A stretch of DNA of 43,723 nt, taken from NCBI GenBank assembly GCA_029974275.1, contig JARKSN010000335.1:1-43723 (forward strand). The letters are read 5' to 3'. This document shows, in pieces, positions 1 to 8,060 of the stretch. The notes beneath the pieces were generated by a model, which worked only from the letters and a program-made list of their open reading frames with translations, made no database searches and was not told the DNA's origin. The position numbers and the translations under genes are program-made. The DNA comes from Candidatus Hydrogenedentota bacterium. Its GTDB lineage: Bacteria; Hydrogenedentota; Hydrogenedentia; Hydrogenedentales; SLHB01. Each line of letters begins with the position of its first letter. Position 1 is the stretch's first letter.

Positions 1-1
1 C

Positions 2-2152
2 GGGAAGGAAACGGGAACCGGCCCCATGCGGATGGTGTCGGACGCGATACGGGAGGGGGCGGAAGCTTTTTTGCGTCGCCAGAACAAGACCATTGCGTTG
101 CTTTCGATCGTGCTGGCCTTTGGGATATTCCTGGTGTACAGCTTGATCGCGAAGCAGTGGGAAACGGCGATTTATACGACGGTCGGCTTCTTGACGGGCG
201 CGTTTTGCTCGGGTCTTGCGGGGTATATCGGCATGTTCGTGTCCATTCGCGCGAACATCCGGACGGCCCAGGCGGCCCGTTCTTCGCTGAACAGCGCGTT
301 GCAAATCGCCTTGCGGGGCGGGGCGGTCTCGGGCTTGATGGTCGTGGCGATGAGCCTGTTGGGCGTGGGCGGCTTCTTTGGCATCCTGGCGTCGATCAAG
401 GGGTATTCGTCGGTGTGGTTCACTTTGGACCCGAGCGCGTTTGCGTCGCCGGAAGCGACGGCGGTGATGCGGCATATTCCGTTCCTTATCGTGGGGTATG
501 GGTTTGGCGCGTCGTTTGTTGCCTTGTTTGCGCAGCTGGGCGGCGGCATTTACACCAAGGCGGCGGATGTCGGCGCGGACTTGGTCGGAAAGGTGGAGAC
601 GGGGATTCCGGAAGACGATCCGCGCAATCCGGCGGTCATCGCGGATCTGGTGGGCGACAACGTAGGCGATTGCGCGGGCCGCGGGGCCGATTTGTTCGAG
701 TCGACGGCGGCGGAAAACATCGGGGCGATGATTTTGGGGCTGGCTCTTTGGCCGGTGTTTGGGTTTGCGGGCTTGATGTTCCCGTTGATCGCCCGCGCCT
801 TTGGGTTGATCGCCTCGATATTCGGGATCATGTCGGTGAAGTGCAAGGAGACGGACGATCCGATGCGCGCCTTGAACCGCGGGTATTACATCACGGCGGC
901 GCTGGCCATGATCGGGTTCGCCGTCAGCGTTTTCTGGCTGTTGCGGGACGCTCAGGGGAAAGTGTATTGGGATTTCCTGTGGTGCGGCTTTATCGGTGTG
1001 GCCAATTCGGTGGCTTTCCTGTACATCACGCAGTATTACACCGAGTACAAGTATGGTCCGGTGAAGGAAATCGCGCGCGCTTCGCTGACGGGTCCGGCCA
1101 CCAACATCATTTCCGGCATGGCGGTGGCGCTGGAATGCACGGCGCTGCCGGTGCTGTCCATTTCGCTGTCCATTTTCTTCTCGTATCACCTGGGCGCCCA
1201 CGCGTTGCCTGATGTGGAGGGGGCTGGCTTGTACGGCACCGCCGTGGCGACGATGGGCATGCTTTCCACGTGCGCGTATATCCTCGCGATGGACACCTTC
1301 GGCCCCATTACCGACAACGCGGGCGGCATCATCGAGATGAGCGATCAGCCCAAGGAAGTCCGGGACATCACGGATCGGCTCGATGCGGTCGGCAACACGA
1401 CCAAGGCGCTCACCAAGGGGTACGCGATTGGTTCGGCGGCGTTGGCGGCGTTCCTGCTGTTCTCGGCCTACTTGGATGAAGTCGGCAACCTGAAGATTGT
1501 CCAAGCGATTGCCAAGCTGGGCGAGAATCCCCTTGCGGAGGCAGTCGAAGCGGCCCGTCACAAGGCGTGGCTCAGTGCGCATATCGTTGACCTTGCCAAG
1601 CCGGAAGTCTTCATCGGCGGCCTTATCGGCGCGATGATGGTATTTCTATTCTCAGCGTTGGCTATCCGCGCCGTATCGAAGGCGGCCCAGTCGGTCATCA
1701 CCGAAGTGCGCCGGCAGTTCAAGGAGCATCCGGGCATCATGGCGGGCACGGAAAAGCCGGATTATGCGCGTTGCGTGGACATTGTGACGGTGGGGGCGTT
1801 GAAGGCCATGGTGTTGCCGGGCGCGGTGGTGGTGCTGACGCCTATCATCGTCGGGCTGTTGTTCCGTCCGTTGGGCATCGGTCCGGAGGTCGTAGGTGGG
1901 TTGTTGATGGTCGGCACGATCGCCGGCATCTTGATGGCCACCATGTTGAACAACGGCGGCGGCGCGTGGGACAACGCCAAGAAGTATGTTGAAATGGGCG
2001 TACACGGCGGCAAGGGGTCCGAAGCGCATAAGGCGGCGGTGGTGGGCGACACCGTGGGCGATCCGTTCAAGGACACGGCGGGCCCGTCGATTCACGTGTT
2101 GATCAAGTTGCTTGCGACGATCACGCTGGTGCTTATCCCGTTGTTCATCTAG
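2..2152 (+). CDS. hppA: Membrane-bound H+-translocating pyrophosphatase, K+-independent type (5' end probably outside window)
   Basis: Motifs GGGIYTKAADVGADLVGKVE, EDDPRNPAVIADLVGDNVGDC, GPITDNAGGI and GGAWDNAKK...GDTVGDPFKDT. GNTTKA (Lys) marks K+-independent enzymes. The frame is open back to position 2. Confidence 0.95.
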   Translation, partial: GKETGTGPMRMVSDAIREGAEAFLRRQNKTIALLSIVLAFGIFLVYSLIAKQWETAIYTTVGFLTGAFCSGLAGYIGMFVSIRANIRTAQAARSSLNSALQIALRGGAVSGLMVVAMSLLGVGGFFGILASIKGYSSVWFTLDPSAFASPEATAVMRHIPFLIVGYGFGASFVALFAQLGGGIYTKAADVGADLVGKVETGIPEDDPRNPAVIADLVGDNVGDCAGRGADLFESTAAENIGAMILGLALWPVFGFAGLMFPLIARAFGLIASIFGIMSVKCKETDDPMRALNRGYYITAALAMIGFAVSVFWLLRDAQGKVYWDFLWCGFIGVANSVAFLYITQYYTEYKYGPVKEIARASLTGPATNIISGMAVALECTALPVLSISLSIFFSYHLGAHALPDVEGAGLYGTAVATMGMLSTCAYILAMDTFGPITDNAGGIIEMSDQPKEVRDITDRLDAVGNTTKALTKGYAIGSAALAAFLLFSAYLDEVGNLKIVQAIAKLGENPLAEAVEAARHKAWLSAHIVDLAKPEVFIGGLIGAMMVFLFSALAIRAVSKAAQSVITEVRRQFKEHPGIMAGTEKPDYARCVDIVTVGALKAMVLPGAVVVLTPIIVGLLFRPLGIGPEVVGGLLMVGTIAGILMATMLNNGGGAWDNAKKYVEMGVHGGKGSEAHKAAVVGDTVGDPFKDTAGPSIHVLIKLLATITLVLIPLFI

Positions 2153-2209
2153 TCCGGTTTTTTTGCGGCGCCTTGCGGGGCGCGGCGGCGAGAAAAGCGA
2201 ACGGTCTGC

Positions 2210-2252
2210 ACTTCTCACAGCGCGTTGCGACGCGCTGTGAGAAGTTTTTTTT
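2210..2252 (+). terminator. Rho-independent terminator after hppA
   Basis: Perfect stem ACTTCTCACAGCGCGT / ACGCGCTGTGAGAAGT with loop TGCG, running into an 8-T tract. Confidence 0.9.
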
Positions 2253-2267
2253 ATTGTGAGGCAAGGC

Positions 2268-2280
2268 GCCGGTCCCCTTG
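2268..2280 (+). repeat. 13-bp direct repeat, left copy (GCCGGTCCCCTTG)
   Basis: Identical to 3516-3528; the pair brackets the Panacea/toxin cassette. Confidence 0.75.
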
Positions 2281-2306
2281 CCCCTCGCCGCCCCCGATGG
2301 TATACT
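2278..2306 (+). promoter_or_regulatory. Putative sigma70 promoter of the toxin-antitoxin operon
   Basis: TTGCCC (2278-2283), 17 bp, TATACT (2301-2306) with an extended -10 TG, about 30 bp before the ATG at 2336. Confidence 0.65.
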
Positions 2307-2335
2307 GACTTTATAGACAGTATGGGGTTCGAACG

Positions 2336-2905
2336 ATGAACACGAACAAGATGGTACAAGCCTTGACCTACCTGATGAGACTGGCAAACGTCGAACGCAT
2401 CAGTTACATGAAAGCGCTGAAATTACTTTACCTCGTTGACAGAGAAAGCCTCCGGCGCACAGGCGTCACCATGACTGGTGATATACCGTGCGCCATGAAA
2501 CACGGTCCTGTTTTGAGCAAGACCTATGATCTGATCAAGCTTGACCCCGACTTTGATCAAAAGAACGAAGACGAACAATTGTGGTGTTCATGCTTTCGAC
2601 GTGAAGGTTATGATCTTGTCTTGTTTGACGATGTTGCTGGCGACGACGAATTGTCCGAGCGCGATAAGGAAATTCTTCAAGAGATACACTGCACTTACGG
2701 CGCAACAGGCAAATTTGAGTTGCGGGATATAACGCACGACTTTCCAGAGTGGAAGAACACGTTCCGCGGCGAGGGCTCCCGTCCCATCCCCCTTTCCGAA
2801 ATTGCCAAAGCAGTGGGACTTGGCCAGGAGGATCAAGAGATTATTCGTGAAATGGAGAGTGCGCGCGTGGCCCTTGAAGATGCCTTTGGTGGAGCCGTTG
2901 AATGA
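2336..2905 (+). CDS. Panacea-domain (DUF4065/SocA-like) antitoxin
   Basis: N-terminal KALKLLYLVDRE, AMKHGPV and C-terminal LRDITHDFPEW motifs typical of DUF4065. More AT-rich than flanking genes. ATGA overlap with the next gene. Confidence 0.88.
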   Translation: MNTNKMVQALTYLMRLANVERISYMKALKLLYLVDRESLRRTGVTMTGDIPCAMKHGPVLSKTYDLIKLDPDFDQKNEDEQLWCSCFRREGYDLVLFDDVAGDDELSERDKEILQEIHCTYGATGKFELRDITHDFPEWKNTFRGEGSRPIPLSEIAKAVGLGQEDQEIIREMESARVALEDAFGGAVE

Positions 2906-3279
2906 TTTCTGCGGGGGATGCCTTTCTAGTGCCCGAAAATCGGGCAGGCATTCCGTCACATTTCTACGTAATTGTCACATCTCCCTTGCGGAACGGGGGC
3001 AAAGTGCTTCTGGTAAACGTTACGACGTGGAAGGACAACACTTCTGTCGGTCTTGACGATACCTGTCTGCTGGATATCGGCGATCATCCATTTATCAAGC
3101 ACAGATCGTTTATCGCCTATAACTGTGCCCGTGTTACGCCCGTTAGCGCAATCGAAGAAGCACTTCGACGTGGCTCTCTTATCCTCAAGCAACCGTGCTC
3201 AGAGCAGTTGCTGGATCGCATTCGGCAGGGGCTACTCGATTCACCCTTTGCCTCTCCCAAGCACAGGGCCATGCTCTAG
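2902..3279 (+). CDS. Putative toxin with PemK/MazF-like fold, partner of the Panacea antitoxin
   Basis: 125 aa, ATGA-coupled to the antitoxin. The layout AGDAFLV...HFYVIVT...VLLVNVTT...HPFIKHRSFIAY...LLDRIRQG resembles PemK/MazF; fold inferred by eye. Confidence 0.6.
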   Translation: MISAGDAFLVPENRAGIPSHFYVIVTSPLRNGGKVLLVNVTTWKDNTSVGLDDTCLLDIGDHPFIKHRSFIAYNCARVTPVSAIEEALRRGSLILKQPCSEQLLDRIRQGLLDSPFASPKHRAML

Positions 3280-3355
3280 GTTCGTTTATATCGATTCGGA
3301 TTGTGTAGAGCAATTCGAATATAGCCGTGAGGTCGCGTTGCGGGATCGCTAATAG

Positions 3356-3479
3356 TTCGGCGATCGCCTCGTCTTTGCCTGGCAAGACACGCTCGCCATA
3401 ACCATTTCCCCCCAACGCCCCGGACCCCATCCCTGCCGCATTGGAATTGATCAAACAAATCGCGGAAGCAGCAGGATAA
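3356..3479 (+). pseudogene. Possible frameshifted 3' remnant of an unidentified gene
   Basis: Reads FGDRLVFAWQDTLAITI, then after a +1 shift at ATTTCCCCCC, PPNAPDPIPAALELIKQIAEAAG-stop. Preceded in frame by TAA TAG; no start codon. Confidence 0.3.
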
Positions 3480-3515
3480 GCCAAACAAAAAATGTCGCAC
3501 AACCCCCGGGCCTGG

Positions 3516-3528
3516 GCCGGTCCCCTTG
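3516..3528 (+). repeat. 13-bp direct repeat, right copy (GCCGGTCCCCTTG)
   Basis: Identical to 2268-2280. Confidence 0.75.
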
Positions 3529-3554
3529 ACATTTGACGCATCCGCGCCTAGGCT
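3526..3554 (+). promoter_or_regulatory. Putative sigma70 promoter of the CoA-binding protein gene
   Basis: TTGACA (3526-3531), 17 bp, TAGGCT (3549-3554). Confidence 0.55.
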
Positions 3555-3651
3555 GAAGGGGAGAAGCGGAAGGCCGGGGCGCGGCAGGGCGGAAACGAGA
3601 CGGCGCGGGGTTGTCGCGTGCGGGGCGTTGGCATTACGGGAGGACGTAGCC

Positions 3652-4110
3652 GTGCAAGATTCCGTACGTGAGCGCATTGAGGATTTTTTGAGGCAACGGC
3701 GCATTGTCGCGGTGGGGGTGAGCCGCAAGCCGCTGGGTTTCAGCCGGGGGATTGTGCGCGAGTTGCTCCGGCGCGGTTACGACGTGGCGTTGGTCAACCC
3801 GCAGACCTCCGAGATAGAGGGGCGTCCTTGTCATGCGCGCGTGCAGGAAGTGTCGCCGCCGCCCGATGCGGCGCTGGTGATGACGGCGCCGCAAGCGACC
3901 GCGCAAATCATTCATGACTGCGCGGAGGCGGGCATCAAGCGGCTCTGGCTGATCGGCACGGCGGCGACGGATGAGGCGCGGGCCATTTGCAAGGCGCATG
4001 GAATCGCGCCCATTGCGGACCAGTGTCCGTATATGTTTTTGCCGGATACGGGGTGGCTGCACCGGTTTCATCGCCGGGTGAGCCGGCTTGTCGGGAAGTA
4101 TCCGAAGTAA
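3652..4110 (+). CDS. CoA-binding protein (YccU-like)
   Basis: IVAVGVSRKP...GYDVALVNP...CAEAGIKRLW...CPYMFL pattern. GTG start at 3652 follows GGAGG; the ORF track start at 3526 is probably too early. Confidence 0.85.
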   Translation: MQDSVRERIEDFLRQRRIVAVGVSRKPLGFSRGIVRELLRRGYDVALVNPQTSEIEGRPCHARVQEVSPPPDAALVMTAPQATAQIIHDCAEAGIKRLWLIGTAATDEARAICKAHGIAPIADQCPYMFLPDTGWLHRFHRRVSRLVGKYPK

Positions 4111-4177
4111 GGCGAGGCTTGGGGCGAGAACAGGCCTGCCGTCGTGAAAAGCGTTCTCGACAGGAACCGCTTGTTTC

Positions 4178-5059
4178 CTAGGTGGGCGGCGAATCGTCGT
4201 TCGCGCCTCGCAGATGCATGGCTTTGGAAATGAGCGCATCGGCGATGCGGTCGGGAATGAGCGGCAGCAACCGCGCTTGGATTTTCGCGTCCGTTCCCAC
4301 CACATAACGCGTTTTCGGCCTCGTTGACGTTAGCGCATGCGCAACGGCTTTTGCCACCGCGACAGGCGGGGCGCCGCGCCGCGCCAGCTTCGAAATCATT
4401 GCCTTCATGGAGGCCAGCATGTCGCCGTACAGCGCGCGTCCCGTCGGCGGCAACGATGCAGCGAACTCGTTGCCCGCCTGAACGGACTTGTCCCAGATTG
4501 GCGTTTTCACGACGCCGGGCTCGATGACGGCCACGTGCATGCCCCAGGGGCGCAATTCGCGTCGGAGCGCGTCCGTGATGGCTTCGAGGGCGTATTTTGA
4601 GGCGGCGTAGGGGCCCAGGAACGGCACGGCCATCCTGCCGCTGACCGATCCCATGAACACGATGCGGCCTCGGGCCTTGCGCAGAAGGGGCAGAAAGGCC
4701 TGGGTCACGGCGACGTGGCCGATGACGTTGACCTCGAGTTGCCTTCGCCAATCGTGTATGGCGACAAATTCCAGCGGCCCGGCCACGGCGATGCCTGCGT
4801 TGTTGACCAGTCCGTCGAGGCCTTGTTCGCCAAGGGTTGTCGTCAGGCGTTCGGCGGCGCGATGGATGGCGTCTTCGTCGGTGACATCAAGCAGGAGGGC
4901 TTCGGCCTTTCCGTGGGTGCGATCGCGCAAGGCGTCGGCGTCGGCCTGTTGGCGCACGCTTCCGAAGACGCGATGCCCGCGTTCGAGCAGATACTCGACG
5001 CACGCCGCGCCGATGCCCGTTGAGGCCCCCGTGACAAGCGCCGTGCGGGCGTTTTGCAT
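4178..5059 (-). CDS. Short-chain dehydrogenase/reductase (SDR)
   Basis: TGASTGIG, LVNNAGI, YAASK catalytic motif, IEPG. ATG at 5059 follows a GGAGAG RBS; the longer ORF-track extension overlaps nuoN and is spurious. Confidence 0.93.
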   Translation of the reverse strand: MQNARTALVTGASTGIGAACVEYLLERGHRVFGSVRQQADADALRDRTHGKAEALLLDVTDEDAIHRAAERLTTTLGEQGLDGLVNNAGIAVAGPLEFVAIHDWRRQLEVNVIGHVAVTQAFLPLLRKARGRIVFMGSVSGRMAVPFLGPYAASKYALEAITDALRRELRPWGMHVAVIEPGVVKTPIWDKSVQAGNEFAASLPPTGRALYGDMLASMKAMISKLARRGAPPVAVAKAVAHALTSTRPKTRYVVGTDAKIQARLLPLIPDRIADALISKAMHLRGANDDSPPT

Positions 5060-5091
5060 GGCGGCTCTCCTTTTTGCAACCGGTCCGTTGG

Positions 5092-6531
5092 CTACATTTC
5101 GCCCGGGTAGATGCCTGCGATCATCGGTCCGGGGCAGGTCCCCATCCAAATCAACGCTATCACGAGAATCACCAGCGCCAGCGATCCCAACCATGCAGCG
5201 GAGCTCGCGCGGGGTTGGGCCGTCGCTTGATCGCTGCGCGGGGGGCCGCACACGGCGATCACGATGCGGAGGTAGTAGAACAGCCCCATCGCGCTCGACG
5301 CGACCAACGTGGCGAGCAGCCACCAGAGATGGCCCTTGACGCTTACAAGGATGATCATGAACTTGCCGATGAATCCGGCCGTCAGCGGAATGCCCGCCAA
5401 GGAAAGGAGCATGAGCGCAAAAACAAATCCCAGCAGCGGGTCGCGGCGGATCAGCCCGGCGTAGTCGGCCAGCGAATCGTAGTCCGCCTCGGGATTTTGG
5501 CTGGACCGCACGGAGATGACGCCAAAGGCGCCGAGCGTCGTGATGATGTAGGCCATGAGGTACAACGTCACCGCGCCGAATGCGTCGTTCCCGCCGGCCA
5601 AGAACGCGACGAGCATGTAGCCGACATGCGCGATGGACGAATAGGCCAAGATGCGTTTCACGTTCATTTGCATGAGGGCGAGGAGATTGCCGCCCAGCAT
5701 CGTGGCGATGGCGCATGCCGTCAATACGTTCGACAGCGCGGCGGGGATCTGGCTGCCGTCCAACGCGAAATGGCGCAGGAGCAATCCGAATACGGCGGTC
5801 TTCGAGACCGTGGCGATGAAGGCCGTCACGGGCGCGGGCGCTCCTTCATAGACGTCCGGCGTCCACATGTGGAAGGGGACGATCGAGAGTTTGAAGCCAA
5901 GACCGGCGATAATCATCGCCAAACCCAGCGTCAAGACCGGCGTGGGCGCGGAGGCCGCCGCCGCTTGGGCGAGCTTGGCGAACTCCATGCTGCCGAGTTC
6001 GGCATAGACCAAGGCCATGCCGAAGAGCAGAAACGCCGTCGCCGCCGCCGCGATGATGAGGTATTTGAGGGCCGCCTCGGTGCCGCGTTGGCTTGTGCGT
6101 GTGTAGGCGATGAGGGCGTACAGGGAAACGCTGAGCATCTCCAGTCCCAAGTAGAGGGAAATGAAATGTCGGCTGGCGGGCATGATGGCCGCGCCCAACG
6201 TGGCGATCAGAAGCAGGATGTAGAACTCGTCGGGGTAGTGCTCGCGACGGGCGAAGTAGGCGTAACTGAATAACGCGACGGCCATTGCCGCGCTGATGAT
6301 GAGCGCCGCGAAAAAGCGGCTGTAGCCGTCGATGACCAGCAACGGGGTCACGTCTTTTGGCGCGCCTGGCTGCACGGCAAGCGTCAACGCCAGCGCCGCG
6401 CCCAGGCCGATCATCGTCAAGACAAAACTTGCGGCGTAGAGGCGCCGGATCGCGATCGCAAGCATGACGGCCACGCTCGCGATCATCAGCGCAATGTACG
6501 GCGACAGGGCCCATATATCTTGCGGGTTCAC
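5092..6531 (-). CDS. nuoN: NADH-quinone oxidoreductase subunit N
   Basis: EAALKY, FKLSIVPFHMWTPDVYEGAP, KRILAYSSIAHVGY, SLAGIPLTAGFIGK; last gene of the nuo series. Confidence 0.95.
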   Translation of the reverse strand: MNPQDIWALSPYIALMIASVAVMLAIAIRRLYAASFVLTMIGLGAALALTLAVQPGAPKDVTPLLVIDGYSRFFAALIISAAMAVALFSYAYFARREHYPDEFYILLLIATLGAAIMPASRHFISLYLGLEMLSVSLYALIAYTRTSQRGTEAALKYLIIAAAATAFLLFGMALVYAELGSMEFAKLAQAAAASAPTPVLTLGLAMIIAGLGFKLSIVPFHMWTPDVYEGAPAPVTAFIATVSKTAVFGLLLRHFALDGSQIPAALSNVLTACAIATMLGGNLLALMQMNVKRILAYSSIAHVGYMLVAFLAGGNDAFGAVTLYLMAYIITTLGAFGVISVRSSQNPEADYDSLADYAGLIRRDPLLGFVFALMLLSLAGIPLTAGFIGKFMIILVSVKGHLWWLLATLVASSAMGLFYYLRIVIAVCGPPRSDQATAQPRASSAAWLGSLALVILVIALIWMGTCPGPMIAGIYPGEM

Positions 6532-8060
6532 CGTGCTGTCTCCGAATCGGCGGCGTTGGGCACCGCGGGCTCTTCATGGTCGACGTTGGAAACGCCCAAC
6601 GTGTGCTTGGTCATGGCAGGCGGCGTGCTCATTCGCCAGCCGCCCGCGGCGCGCAGCACCGGCTGGGGATAGAGCCCCAGAGTCAGCAGCGCCACAATCA
6701 TCGGGATGACGATCGCGAGGTAGCCGGGCGTCACGTCGGACGTCTCGGCGGTCGCGCCCGTCGGTCCAAAGAAGATGCGTTGCATCATCCACAGCGCGTA
6801 CACGGCGGACAGGACCATCCCGATCGCCGCCACCGCAGCCAGGATCGGGTTCGCCTGGTACGCTCCCAGCAACACGAGAAACTCGCCGACAAAATTGCCG
6901 AGGCCGGGAATGCCGAGCGTGGCCAGCACGAAAACAAGCCCGGTCGCGCCGAGTTTGGGGGCGGTTTTCCACAACCCGCCCATGCGGTCGAGGTCGTCGC
7001 TTTCCCGGCGCTCGCGGACGGCTTGATCGAGCAGAAACAGGCCGCTGACGCTGATGCCGTGGCAGACCATGGTCATGATGACGCCCTTGAAGGCGATGGC
7101 GTTCATCGCGAAGGCTCCGAGCAAGACGAAGCCGAGGTGGCTCATGCTGGAGTAGGCGATCACGCGGCGCAGATCGCGTTGTGCGAAGGCCATGACGGCG
7201 CCGTAGAGAATCGAAATCACGCCGACCAGCATGGCCCAGAAGGCGATGTTGTGCGCCGCTTCGGGAAACAGCGGAATCGCGAAACGCAGCAACCCGTATG
7301 CGCCCGCCTTGCTCATCAGCCCGGCAAGGATAATCGCGGCCGCGGCGGGGGCGGCGGCATAGGCGTCGGGCTGCCAACTGTGGAAGGGGACGGACGGCAG
7401 TTTGACGGCAAACGCGATGACAAAGCCCAGCAGCAACAGCATGGCGAAGGGCGCCGCCGTGTCATGACGCAGGAGTTCGGTCAAATCGAAGGTCTGATGG
7501 CCGGTGGCATGGTTGACGTAGAGGTAAAGGCCGACGATCGAGAGGAGCATGAGCATGCCGCCCGCTTGGGTGAAGATAAAAAATTTGGTCGCAGCGCCGC
7601 GTCCTTCGCGATCCCACAGGCTGATGAGAAAGTAGATCGGCACGAGCATGACTTCGTAGAACACGAAGAAGAGAAACAGATCGGATGCGGTGAAAACGCC
7701 GATGATGCCGGTGATGGAGGCCATGATGTGGAACAAAAACGCGCTGTTCCGTTCGTCTTTCTCGCGCCCGGTCGCGACCAAGGCAACTAGACCGAGCAGC
7801 AGCGTCAGCAACACCATCACGAGGCCGAATCCATCGAGCATCAAGTGAAAACGAATGCCCAGCGCGGGAATCCACGGCGCATCGATTTGCATCAACCCTT
7901 GCGACGAGGCCCGGGGAAACAGCGGAATGAGCACGAGCAGGTCCGCGATCAAGGCGCTCGCGCACAACCAGCGCGCCGCGCCGAATCCCGATCGCCGTTC
8001 GGCCATCCATGCCAGCGTGCCCGCGACGGCGGGAAGAAGAAGTATCGCGACGAGTATCAT
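6528..8060 (-). CDS. nuoM: NADH-quinone oxidoreductase subunit M
   Basis: FFVFYEVMLVP, AFAVKLPSVPFHSWQPDAY, IAYSSMSHLGF, LGIPGLGNFVGEF. Start at 8060 overlaps the nuoL stop (ATGA). Confidence 0.95.
   Translation of the reverse strand: MILVAILLLPAVAGTLAWMAERRSGFGAARWLCASALIADLLVLIPLFPRASSQGLMQIDAPWIPALGIRFHLMLDGFGLVMVLLTLLLGLVALVATGREKDERNSAFLFHIMASITGIIGVFTASDLFLFFVFYEVMLVPIYFLISLWDREGRGAATKFFIFTQAGGMLMLLSIVGLYLYVNHATGHQTFDLTELLRHDTAAPFAMLLLLGFVIAFAVKLPSVPFHSWQPDAYAAAPAAAAIILAGLMSKAGAYGLLRFAIPLFPEAAHNIAFWAMLVGVISILYGAVMAFAQRDLRRVIAYSSMSHLGFVLLGAFAMNAIAFKGVIMTMVCHGISVSGLFLLDQAVRERRESDDLDRMGGLWKTAPKLGATGLVFVLATLGIPGLGNFVGEFLVLLGAYQANPILAAVAAIGMVLSAVYALWMMQRIFFGPTGATAETSDVTPGYLAIVIPMIVALLTLGLYPQPVLRAAGGWRMSTPPAMTKHTLGVSNVDHEEPAVPNAADSETAR

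Noticed and set aside
2336..3528. Prophage or IS as carrier of the TA cassette
   Set aside because: No integrase, transposase, terminal inverted repeats or phage genes were seen in the window.
4178..5716. 512-aa SDR with a long N-terminal extension, and similar extensions on nuoM, nuoK, nuoH, nuoF, the ligase at 29439, the sulfotransferase and miaA
   Set aside because: The extensions overlap upstream genes or repeats, and RBS-supported or stop-coupled starts exist further downstream; these are not real fusions.
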